NCBI GenBank assembly: GCA_017395545.1
Contig: JAFPUF010000130.1
Span: 435-64,434 of the forward strand
Length of the DNA stretch: 64,000 bases
Source of the DNA: Treponema sp.
GTDB lineage: Bacteria > Spirochaetota > Spirochaetia > Treponematales > Treponemataceae
Direction: 5' to 3'
In this document: one piece after another, positions 40,401 through 49,400 of the stretch
How the letters are laid out: each line of letters starts with the position of its first letter
Position numbering within the stretch: position 1 is the stretch's first letter
The notes under the pieces: generated by a model
The model's input: the letters and a program-made list of their open reading frames with translations, nothing else
Database searches by the model: none
Told to the model about the DNA's origin: nothing
Position numbers and translations under genes: made by a program

Positions 40401-43169
40401 GAAATTACTCCGTTCTACTGGAACAAAGAAAAATCAAGCGGAGGGGCAGCTTACTCAAGCAACAACTCTCTCTACTTCAAGGTGACTGAGGTTGAGTCTA
40501 CAGATTCTTATGATGAAGCTGTAACAGACGAGTCAACTTCTACGACAAAATATTACACTTACACTCCGATGGGACACATTGAACTTGATACAAACAGCGT
40601 CTCTGGTGTAATCAAACTCGAAGGAACTGTTTCTGATGACCAGCGACTTTCTTCTATTGCGGTAACTTACGGTGGAACTGCCGTCGGAACTGCTACATAT
40701 GTTCCTGCTACTCACACATGGACTGGAAGCGGCTCAATCGCAAACGGCTATGAAATGAGCGCAGAAGACACGGCATTTGGTCAGAGCGGTCACACAGCAA
40801 AATGGACTCTCCTTCTTGATACCGCAAAATACGGAAATGCCGCTTCTAAGGCAATCGTAGTAACGGCTACTCAGGCGAAAACCGCAACGGCGACGGCAAA
40901 CAATTCTGCTGTAAATGAAACATTCACTGTGGCTGCAGTGCCTTATATTACGGGAATTGTACGAGCAAATGAGAATATTTCTTCTGGTACAATGAATCGT
41001 TCTAAACTTGGCTCTTACCCTGTCGTAGAAGGCGAAAGCATTACGGTTTCAGGCTTCAACTTTACGAAATCTGGAACATGGACAGTCGGCTCACACAATA
41101 CCGAAACTGCCTACACAGCGACACAGAACGATACGACCGGTGAATACTCATTTACAATGACGGTTCCTGGCCGTTCAGGAAGCTTGAGTGTTACAGACGG
41201 AACAAATTCAATTACATCATTGAATAATTCAAATGATAACACTAAGAACAGCAACAAAGAGACATACCAGATGAGCGGTAACTCAACACAGTACACTTCA
41301 AGTGATGACCGCTATCTTAGCGTATGGAATCTTGGAAATTACTTCAACAATACTTTGAAATCTAACAGCGATGAATTTGAATATCCTGTTATGACTGCAA
41401 GCAGCGATGGAAAACTCTACGGTTCATGGGGAACACCAAGTAATGGATCAGTGGCATTTAGTTATGGACTTGCGAATAATACGACATCTATCTATAATGC
41501 GTATGACCAGCCAGGTTCTTATACAGGTGTTGCATTTGACCAAAAAGGCACTTCCGGCGCTGCATCAGTAATGTATATGGCTGAATTGCAGGGTAACGGC
41601 GGTACATATTCAGTAACAGCCTTGGCAAGCAATGAGGTTGTAGGCGGTGCAGTTGTAACTCAAATTGGCAAAGACGATATAACCAATACAAAGGTTTACA
41701 GTGGTAAAAAGGCGGTAGTTTCTGGAAACCCAAGTGTTTATCTTGATGGTGATAACACGACAGGCTTCTATAGCCTTGGAAATTATGATATGCAGAGACG
41801 ACTTGGCATCTATAAGAATCCTCAATCGGCTCGATACGGAAACTATTTGCATAATATCTGGTATGATGCCCAAAACGAAAGCCTTAAATATTCTGTCGTG
41901 AACCTTGATAAAAAAATTAATGACACTGCTCTTTCAACTGCGTATGCAAATAATGCAGCAAGTTTTGCAGGCTGGGTATTGATTGACGGAACATACACAG
42001 GCCAAGATCGTGTATATGACTGGACAACAGATACAACAGGTGCAAAAACGAACAACAAAGTTGGTGGTGCAGATAACAAAGATGGTTCTCAGACGGGTGT
42101 TAATTCAACTCATAGTACAACAGTTTTTGAAAAAGTTGTGTTTATGGGAAGCAACACAAATAAGGACCAGACTAAAACATCATATATTGGCACTACGACA
42201 TCTACAAGTCTTGTGATGAACGGCGTGAATTATGCAAACGCCCCTGAGCCAGGTGATTCAATTGCATTGCTTCATAATGAATATGGTGCATACAAAATTG
42301 TATTGAGTACAATTACTAAGGTTAATGGAAATACCATAACTTGGGCGGATGAATTACCAAGTGATTTCGGCGAAATCCGTTCTGCGACTGTTTATGAAGG
42401 TGATATGAATGTCGTCGGTGGTACCGTAACAAGAAATCTTAATGGATTTACCCCAGCAACTAATCAATCTTCTTCAGCGGGTTCATCTGCTGCAATCGAT
42501 GTTACGACGGACGGATATCCTGTCGTTGCGTATTATGATGCGACTAATTCACAGCTTCGTGTTGCATGTGCCAATAGTTCAGAGCCTCGACTTGCTTCTG
42601 AATGGACTCGCTTGATTCCTGGAGTCAAATGTTCCGGCGAAGTTAGCATGAAGGTTGACGGAGCTAACAATATTCATATTATGTACAACAACGAGGACGG
42701 CGAAATGTGCTATCTGTTTGGTACATATAGTGATGTCGGAAATTACACATGGAGTGCAGAGGAAGTAATCGATGACACTGGTTCTCTTGCTTACGGCTCA
42801 ATTTCTGTAGTTTACAACGGAACATCTTATGTTCCGACAATGACATGGCTTAACAAAGCAAACACCGCAAACTCTGTTAAGTATGCCCGCCGAACACAGG
42901 CTGTAACTGCCGATACTGCTTCAAGCAAAGGTTCATGGGACTTTATGATTATTCCAGCTCTTGGTACAGGCCATTACGCTCTCAAAGAATGTAAAATTTC
43001 TATTGAGTCAACTAACAACTGGACTGATACAACGGCAACAGTCTTACAACACCAGCTGAGCGGGGCGAATACCTACTACTCAGCTACGGCAACGCCGGCT
43101 CTGGTAGATTCGGTTCTCGCATACAAGACTTCTAACGCTTATGAGACAGCGTACTTGAAGAAAGAGTAG
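31440..43169 (+). CDS. Giant surface lipoprotein 1 (3909 aa): ~22 Ig-like modules plus C-terminal propeller-like head; putative adhesin
   Basis: GAGAGG RBS; lipobox LSSC; recurring D-x-x-x-P module boundaries and DxAGN motifs; Ser/Thr rich; DLNGDG; head with PVVAYYD and IHIMY blade-like motifs. Confidence 0.85.
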   Translation: MKKSFVKSLFAGAVLLLSAFLSSCGENAGLGASVDTESPKVGISYPPENAVIRGSFVLAGTCEDDKTIKSVSVKFRSPSDDTLSFGPYSASVSGGKSWQVKLNDYDESQYASYNGWQFPDGTYTAEVTITDNAGHETGPVSRSYDIDNTPPVFVNSAPGVKKSSVDGGTVTIKKYGSSFKVSGTIAEKHRVGMSVKIYDADDDISSAIPIEYSESEVDTSGTSSVEFARYIKGASGNEKNNRYWSIYGEDITDASGAKPFKATITLTDNAKEYNNPSEGTNTSTGNSTSKIFINDEVYGDYLSSTTGTSGTNKGLALAATDFMNILNGTKTGIISGGATTSDCDTVRSELNSLFVDTTSDLASFSLNPNANPTYTISGLSLEENSAKKANFGSNKLSKNSSITVIAKAGENETNIEPASIKVWIYDIGTLEADGDDTTITNAITNLVTEVANGTALDSDGKSAVAGWTLVASNAESTESSSANYSYAAKITNTLQIDNYYIMVATGADQDGAYFAQDTWYGFLGSSSSNPPEITLTVSDNSDSERTVADQSYFAKSDDIKVNVKVHQDDTELVLLTATVTAKNEVSGEAVSGTYTRDIDMTSAEKNSDGDYEFNYGFNLSEIGNYSGIKIESGDEKSYFYTLKFKATNKSGGTTENQVSLHVDAIKPVVSVTSVTPYVEGADRTDITNVSEDNTYLNGTIKVGGNVTESNLSDVSYEIYVDDSKVGDAVSLGQTYQFSPAIDTATLADGKTLKVRIIATDEVGNTGESDTTIYNGEVFNILQATDKPLISVSNADITGTDATDIVSENVFEDSTSNIVKATIKDDDGIAKVDVSLYDENGTLRGKTTVYSVDSSYRTSYSLKYSLPSENGSAVQGIYGLKIDVYDSTYTEAAKDNRSATTGIFYVGVDTGSPSLTETTVGSDGVTKNASDGTFTLSGTAGDVNGIKSLAIIDTSNSNKSYEVAISDFTKTSLTNAWSQSFVIGSANSSAENYIADGKHIFQITAEDTTGKTTSVTRTVTVDTTAPSFTSDPIASISGATSNVIDGKTWYKTDSLPLRGTASDGTDGTGIASVEYNVSTSTTEPAADDENWKQFAGTSSFSGTVEGIVSGTSYIWIKLTDNAGNTTSGRIGTWYIDTASPSVTEGSVRVGGTEVSESSPYYSNGTADAEITFSVKDPADGSGINTDKVYVLPYSSLSTDSEIAANKAAVSGGTASFTVSSDVITKSGTVYARIYDNAGNYTDTSLFAVTFDSTKPKSNNPVVEDTSSYNAYKSGTDTDGNPQYYVNNSKGTFTFSGIATDNLGISKVELSVTDGTKTVTAENTGTTSEYKFENVNLSTLSGSATATVTITDLAGNTAENSAANPTKIKLLFDVTAPTGVHNTDAEGKDLNFRIGENDNDDINSTDNASLWSESLDTDVGGKYKSGTYGNANTIKIRGTFNEEGSGTSMIYYKVAQTESDLTDFATKYASSNTGYFAPLGSAESRRVFYNVTHDAADSLGGTKFSEGTKYDRYYTSIDSTYDSTLSGFQQGENYLAIVVVDNVGNAKLDTVEKYTINVDTKVPEAEPDSTETVLTNGKYDDDSVAETAEILTFTGKATDAAAGLYSITFEVDGHTISEKSTDYGTMSTSQTTADSDAEWSWTLKLKKKLFNDTTKTNLSISAHVTDKAGSGNSQSYNVGNISIDKTAPTISLTSPTDAYKTTSSVTDINKTITLSGNAEDGNTLPADKDGVSQTITKIEYSTDGTTWTDSGLTVSGNYSFTSSDFDTTTLSDKATYYLRAVGVDKAGNTGYSNSVTVYVNQESDRPVINFTNLTTNADGEYILKLSDSGTVEGTITDDDSTATQIVKSFTVTELASADATSGTDKTVTVSSSGDFTFEPDDKSEGAKYYKFTVVDNKNTTFTSKEGTTATNWNWSIPVLTVKSTAIADSADDVNTAIATTAFTYKSDNESPVIDSVYALASDSSGNAEDSSSMISAAYYAGGKARQSVVLTINASDTNGIAGITAVLKNGNSTIASYKTTTESTIAGKSLPTTYTWVKNGTYSPSGTTAAWELPALDVSSYTGTISLIITPYDKSGLTGNSTQTFSLDNEGPSVTVTSHKDAASDSTKQYNGSQTLTVATSDTNETASIRYFVPTKTQVSSWSSYTDTQKEALSWDSAGEIADAATGNFAFTGTNLLDQYASSTYASSTGTDSDTGTTWYVIPVWFRAVDEFGNIAYSTSYSIKFNPDLDKPITKFTYPETDKTLGGTIRAMGTAEIPGGVENTSVSSVYLQIGASTSYTTSDKTKAGAGSGNYGYTVVSAYDVINEIAGTSWSSTNQPDDAQAVKYGFESAEALASWWGIKTTNNTWKLNLNENGEMNPTGEEMNTVYLRACSVNSNFKFGAWSDDVKVSINKSAPGMSGKLYQFTTAPSSTNITSVTTDGNVTGEKEYETGMYIKGQWYIECTATETTAGSKVTIDGVTKDGETLVKGTDYFQTADEDSSIKVYIPVDSSASSTTVYKVTAIDGTGLYSATDTYSINVDNTAPTIKPLYSDYDNTNAIAMTKIENSNYKYDIYSTTEEEGAGLAFMAIYFMRDGKVELPLPSITSTTSAETKVTKGTKYSGTLTQVTSDESGEVLYGVNGTLSAVTASGSTTTITSSVITSDNSFIRNGSLVKISGSYYALSNVNTTDHTATVATTFGTTPTTAFFAAAIASKTSGEGGSTSGGVTTISKDDGDGFVDPLDKSGSIYTWQLEFFSDELADGIVDIVVVAADKAGNYSTDTTKVMLTNHKPRVSKVFLATDLNGDGTFTEDEFGYTKASSETTYYAYSALSDDGKEQVSSVLAANNFAVKDGLAVTFEMVGASDSSSNAARSGGGNNLYYITKLLTASSDSPATGTTTAKLSDMSGTTSGKINVTTDAAKVSSTTGLVLTNSNITSATGWDSSMENETSLATQSVVQFTLWDDVNNTTTIGTNDTTDSDGNITAFGNQYTIVNIPVYFDMTDDVKPASEITPFYWNKEKSSGGAAYSSNNSLYFKVTEVESTDSYDEAVTDESTSTTKYYTYTPMGHIELDTNSVSGVIKLEGTVSDDQRLSSIAVTYGGTAVGTATYVPATHTWTGSGSIANGYEMSAEDTAFGQSGHTAKWTLLLDTAKYGNAASKAIVVTATQAKTATATANNSAVNETFTVAAVPYITGIVRANENISSGTMNRSKLGSYPVVEGESITVSGFNFTKSGTWTVGSHNTETAYTATQNDTTGEYSFTMTVPGRSGSLSVTDGTNSITSLNNSNDNTKNSNKETYQMSGNSTQYTSSDDRYLSVWNLGNYFNNTLKSNSDEFEYPVMTASSDGKLYGSWGTPSNGSVAFSYGLANNTTSIYNAYDQPGSYTGVAFDQKGTSGAASVMYMAELQGNGGTYSVTALASNEVVGGAVVTQIGKDDITNTKVYSGKKAVVSGNPSVYLDGDNTTGFYSLGNYDMQRRLGIYKNPQSARYGNYLHNIWYDAQNESLKYSVVNLDKKINDTALSTAYANNAASFAGWVLIDGTYTGQDRVYDWTTDTTGAKTNNKVGGADNKDGSQTGVNSTHSTTVFEKVVFMGSNTNKDQTKTSYIGTTTSTSLVMNGVNYANAPEPGDSIALLHNEYGAYKIVLSTITKVNGNTITWADELPSDFGEIRSATVYEGDMNVVGGTVTRNLNGFTPATNQSSSAGSSAAIDVTTDGYPVVAYYDATNSQLRVACANSSEPRLASEWTRLIPGVKCSGEVSMKVDGANNIHIMYNNEDGEMCYLFGTYSDVGNYTWSAEEVIDDTGSLAYGSISVVYNGTSYVPTMTWLNKANTANSVKYARRTQAVTADTASSKGSWDFMIIPALGTGHYALKECKISIESTNNWTDTTATVLQHQLSGANTYYSATATPALVDSVLAYKTSNAYETAYLKKE

Positions 43170-43177
43170 GATAAATC

Positions 43178-43222
43178 ACAGCCCGCAGTGGAAAAAAATC
43201 CTCTGCGGGCTGTTTTTGTTTT
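43178..43222 (+). terminator. Intrinsic terminator of giant gene 1
   Basis: acagcccgcag...ctgcgggctgt followed by a T-rich tail. Confidence 0.8.
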
Positions 43223-43487
43223 ACTGCCAGTTAAATTGCTCTCTGAGTTTTGCATTGCGTGCACCTTCAGCCCGTCGATGCCTGTCGTATGCTTCCTGGT
43301 CAAATTCTGTCAAAATATCTTAAAAAGTGGAGATGTTTAAGAAAATTCACATATCAGACTTATTTTACAGTGATTAAAAGTAAGAAAAATCAAAAGTTAT
43401 AAGAGAAAATTCATAATTATATGATATGATGTTATCGATAATCTAAGAATGGGATTATTTTCCATTTTTTTTTCGTGAGGTATGATT

Positions 43488-46400
43488 ATGAAGAAACGTT
43501 TTGTAAAAAGTCTTTTTTGTTGTGTAATTTTCATGCTTTCTGCAATTCTTCTTTCCTGCGGTGAGAATGCAGGCCTCGGAGCTTCTGTTGATACGGAGTC
43601 ACCTACTATTGCGATTGAATATCCTCCGATTGCGGCTGTCATCAGGGACACTTTTACACTGTACGGTTCCTGCAGCGATGACAAGGGCGTTGCCTCTGTG
43701 ACTGTAAAAGTCACGAACACTTCGACGAAAGAGGTTGTCGACACCCTTTCTGCGACTGTTTCTGCTGACGGGAAATCGTGGAGCGCAAACCTCAACGAAT
43801 ACGACTCTGAGGCTGGAAAATGGAAATATCTCGACGGCTCATATCAGTTTTCAGTCGAAGCTGTCGATGGTGCGGGACGAAAATCTGGCGAAAACTCACG
43901 AACTTTTGACATCGACAATACCCCTCCTGTATTCGTAATCTCAAACCCTGGCGTTGTAAAAAGCGAGGGCAAAAATCCTTCGGCTTACGGTTCTCTCTTT
44001 ACGATTGAGGGAACAATCGCCGACGACCATTCAATCGCCCTGATGGACGTAAAAATTTATGATTCCAACGGAGTTCTTGTCTCTTCTGAAACTTATGACG
44101 GACAGTCAATTGACTTTTACCGTGAGGAAGAAATTGCTACTGCCGGCGGTACAAGCGTCATCATCGCGCAGTATGCTAACGGAACGACGAGCACGATGCC
44201 GAGATATGCCCAGCTTTATGATACCTCTGCGGGCGGAACTCAGACTTACTACGCTGAAGTCACTCTCCGTGACAGCGCGCTTGTTTATAAAACTCCGACC
44301 GATTCTTCAAGAAGTGCTGCGACCGCTGAAAACGACTCTTTAGGAAACTCAACTTCTACTGTCTATCTTTATGACAGCGTTTATACTTCTTTGATGAGTG
44401 CTAAAAAGGGCCTGGGACTGAGCGCCGCTGACCTCAAAAATCTTCTGAACGGAACTAAAACTGACAAACCTGAGGCTCTGACCCTTCTTAACGAAAAAGC
44501 CGTAGACACTTCTGCAGACACTGAGAACAGGCTTTCTTTCTCCCTGAACCCTGACGCAAGCCCGAAATATCAGGTCAATGGTTTTGCCTTTGAATTTGAC
44601 GAGGCCCAGCCGCTCCAGACAGCTTCAAGCGGAAACTCGCTCACCGTTACTGTCAGCGCAGGTCTTGACGGAACCCAGATTCTTCCTGAGGGAGATGACA
44701 AAGAGGGCGTAAAAGTCTGGCTTAAAAAATATGCAGACCGCCCGACAGACGAAACTTCTGTTAAGAACGATATAAAAACTCTCGTCGGAAAGGTAAACAA
44801 CCTCATAAAGGACGAAAAATCTGAATTTGATGAATGTGAGTCCGTAAAAAATGGCGAAGAAGGCGGAACGAAGGTCGATGACTGGATTCTGGTTTACGAT
44901 TATGCTTCTCACCTTACTGACGGTAAAAAAGGAAGTTCAGTCACTACAAAGACTTTCAGCCTGACACTTCCGAAAGATATTGAGCTCAGCACTTATTATA
45001 TCCTTGCCCTCACAGGATGTGACATTGAGGATGTTGATTTCGCCCAGGACACGGTTTACGGTTTTGAAGGAAACCAGCAGGGTGTCGCACCAACATTGAA
45101 AATCGAGTCTCCGGCAAACCTTTCGATAACTAACAATCCGGGCGTTGTTTTCTCCGGAACGGCTAAGGTTAATTCCGGAAATCTCTATGTAAAGGAACTC
45201 AAGGCTACAATCACCGTAATGAACGAGGAGACAGCGGAAGATGTCGGAACATTTACGGAGACTATTACATGTACCAGCACGAACAGCGCTGACGGAACAG
45301 CGACTTACACCTGGTCTTCACAGAATGAGGCTGGCAGTGCGTTTACCTGGGACACGACAAACAAAAAATGGATATTCCGTCCTTCTGAAATCACGGGATT
45401 CGATTCTGTTTCTGCTGCGGGCGAAAATGCTGCTGGAGACGGAAAACAGTATCTCTACACCCTTAAAATTGAAGGCGCTTCTTCTTCAGGACACAAATCT
45501 GAAATAAGCACAAGCGTCCATATTGACCGAAAAATGCCTTCTGTCACAATCACCTCTGCTGAGCCGAGGGTTTCGTCTTATGCGGGACTGAAGGATTCGA
45601 GCGGAAATGATATTTCTTCTGCGTATAATTACCTTAACGGTACTGTAACAATCAAGGGAAGCATTGAGGAGCAGAACCTTAAAGAAGTTACATACGATTT
45701 CTGGGTAAGCACTGATTTGACCGCAACTCTTTCTGAGTCCGACTCGCTTTTTGAAAAGGCTAAGAATAATTCTGCAATTGCAGCTGCCCTTGAGGCTGCC
45801 GGTATGGACGGCTCTCTTGGAAAAGTCTACTCGATTAATCAGGAATTCGACACTACAAAAATTACAGCGCTCTTTGAGGCTATTACAGGAAAAAAAGACC
45901 CGAAACTCCTTGTTGAAGTCGTTCTGATGGCAGAAGACACTGCCGTGGAAGATCTGGACGCAGAAAATTCACACGGAAATAAAATCCAGTATCTTGCTTC
46001 ATTAGACCCGGTTCTGAACGGCGAGGAGAAGAATGATGATGGCTCAATTAAGACTCCGGCGAAAAAATTCGTAATCTGTCAGGAGACTGATCGTCCTTTT
46101 ATGACTTTCGGAAATGCGGATTCTTCTATAACAACTGCTGATGGTGTTGGAATTAAGGAAGAAGTTCAGGATGGCAAGACTGTTAAGGTCAACAAAAACC
46201 TTTTCGGAACTACGAACGACAACAAACTTCAGGTTACGTTTGAAGATGATGATGCAATCAACTCCGTGTGGGTAACACTTTTTGACTCGAACGGCGATGA
46301 ACTCGCTGATGAACAAACTTACTATGGCATCAACCCGTACAAACTTGGTGTCGGAAAAACGACATACACCCTCAACTATCAGCTTCCTCCGACAGATGGC

Positions 46401-49400
46401 GTTTACAAAGTTCGCGTCGATATTTTTGACTCAGGTGCGACAATTCCGACAGATTTAAGCGGAGCAGATTCTGACGATTCTGTTCACAGAAATACAAGCG
46501 GAAATTTCTTCATCGCAGTTGACTCCGGCGCTCCGAATATCAAGATTTCTTCTCCTTCAAAGGGAAGCTACCACAACAAGCCAATTACCGTGAAGGGAAC
46601 TGTCTCAAAACAAGCGGCCGTTACGATTTCAGGAAGCGTTAAAAAAGGAGATGATGATGTTTCTGATGCAACTGTCTCTGATGTAACGATTAGTACAACC
46701 AAAAATACATACAGCCTTTATGACTGGTCTGCAATCGTAACTCTGCCAGCAGGCGCAAGCGGAGACTATGATTTAATCTTTGAGGCAAAAGACGGCTACA
46801 ACCAGAGCACTTCGGACAGCGTAAGGGTAGGGGCCGACAATGCTAAACCTGAATGGGATGCTTCAAAATTCTACCTCAATAAGAGCGAAGAGCTTTACGC
46901 GAACACTGCAACAGAAATAAAGCAGTGGTGCAATTCTGAATCGGTCTCTTTCTCTGGAGCATGGAAAGAAGCTCACGACGGAAGCGGAATTGATTCGGTT
47001 TACTGGAAGGTCATCAAAGCCGGCGACAAGACGACTCAGGTGCCGGCAAAACTTTCTGATTTTGGAAAAAACACTTTTGTAACAAAGAGGGCTAATGAAA
47101 CTGATGATTTTGAGACCTTCTCTCAGAACCTCGGAGAATTTGTCGTCAAAACAGATGATGACGGAAATCCAGTTCCGAACACAGTCTATATGATGGCTGT
47201 CGATAAGGCAGAAAACGAAAGTTCTATTCAGACTTTCTATGTCTATGTTGACTTTGAATCTCCGACCGTAAGCTCTGACCAGAGCGGAAGCCTGTATTCA
47301 AATACGAAAAAAGAAATTTCTGTAAGCGGAAGTGCCTCAGATGACTCTTCCGGCGTGAAGACCGTTAGTCTTTCAGTTACACTTGACGGAAGTTCAACTC
47401 CGCTTGAAATTTCAACAGGCAAGACTGAGATTCCTGCGACTGTTACTGCTGCTGCAACGGAAACAGACCCGAACAATAAAACCTGGTCTGCAGAGATTCC
47501 TCCTTCATTCCTTGCAACTCTCGAAGACAAAACATACGCCGTAAAAGCGACAGTCACCGATGATGCGGGTAACAAGTCAACCCAAAAAATCTTCAGCATC
47601 AAGATTGACAGTGACGATCCTGTAATTTCTGATAATATTTCGCTTTCTGACGAGGGCGGGGTATACAGCGTTTACAAGAATCCTGATACAGCCGAGTACT
47701 ACGCGTACAGTGGCAGCAAGTTCTCAATTTCAGGCTCTATTGAGGATGAAAAATCTGGAATTGCAGAAGATGGAATTAAGGTTTATGCAAATTTAACTGA
47801 GACTCAACTTACCGATTTGAAAAAGGGTACTGCTACCGGCATAAATTCGATAAAAACTGCCAGCCAGCTTCCGATTACAGACATCAATCTTTCTTCTTAT
47901 TCAGATTCGGAAAAGGTAAAACTTACAATCATCGCAACTGACAACGCGGGCAACACGAAAGATAAAACGCTCACCGTAAATATCGACAACTCTGCCCCGA
48001 CTCCTCTCCACGCAATCGACACGAAACAGAAGGATGTGTTCTTCCGAATCGGCGAGAACGACAACGACGACATTGATAAAAACACGGTCGATTCTAACAA
48101 TAAAAAACTTTGGGATGACAATCTCGATAAAGATGTCGGCGGAAAGTATTCAGAAGGAACTTACGGAAACTCAAAGACAATCAAAATCCGCGGAACTGTT
48201 GCAGATGGCGGCAGCGGCGTCGCAATGATTTACTACAAAGTTATTACTGACGCTGACCTGAAAAAAGTTGAAGGCTATGCCGCTGCCGACACAAAGCCTG
48301 CCCTCGACAAAGTTGCTGATAACTTCGTCAAAAACTACAAAACTGACAAAACGGGATATTTCGCTCCTGGAGTCATAGATGCGGACAAGAATCGTCGCGT
48401 ATTCTACACGGGTGCGCTCAAGAATGCCAGGGGGGACGCTGTTACATTCAGCACGACATCCGGTGACTACAAGGATTTTGTTGCTGGTCTCGGAACTCTG
48501 AACACAACGGACACAACGAAATCTTATGCGACCGTAGAATCGAACTACAATTCAGTTCTCTCAGGATTCAGCAAGGGAAGAAATTATCTTTTCCTCGTTG
48601 TCGTCGATAATGTCGGAAACCCGACACTCGATTCCGTAAAATCAGGTGAATTGACATATCACAACATCTCAATCAATGTTGATCAGACACCTCCGGACGC
48701 AAAATCATATGTCACTGGGGTCAAATACACGAACAAAGCCGAAAATACCACGATGGAATTCACTGGAGAAGCAAGCGATGAGGACGCAGGTCTTTACAGC
48801 ATTACGCTCCAGCAGGGAGAAAAAGAAATCACCGTCAAGAAAGATGATGCCGACGGAAAAGCGACAAACGATTACGGAACGCTCGAAATTCTCACCAGAA
48901 CAACTGTCGATAAAAAAGACACAAAATGGACCTGGAAGGCGACCGTAAAAAATGACAAATTCTTTGATGAAGCAGAAAACGGGGATACTGTTTCTGTCTC
49001 TCTCGAGGCAAAGGATGCTGCTGGTATCGGAAACACCAAGTCAATCACTGTTGCCACGGTAATCATCGATACTAAGCTTGACTCGATTACTCTTACAGCT
49101 CCGTCCGACGCGGAAGCCGACGTTGAGGACGAAGAGTCAACTCTTGGAATTCAGATTAACGGCACAATCACGCTCGAAGGAACAATCGGCGACAAGAACG
49201 CTTTGCCGGAAACTGCAATCGACCGAATCGAGTATTCTACGGATAACTCTAACTGGGCTAACCTTAATACTAAAGCAGATTCTCTTGAACTGAGCGGAAA
49301 CTATTCATTCAAGGCAGAGAATTTCGACACAACTAAGCTTGATGACGGAACATATTACCTGAGAGCAGTGGGTAAAGACAGTGCAGGTAACGAAAAAGAA

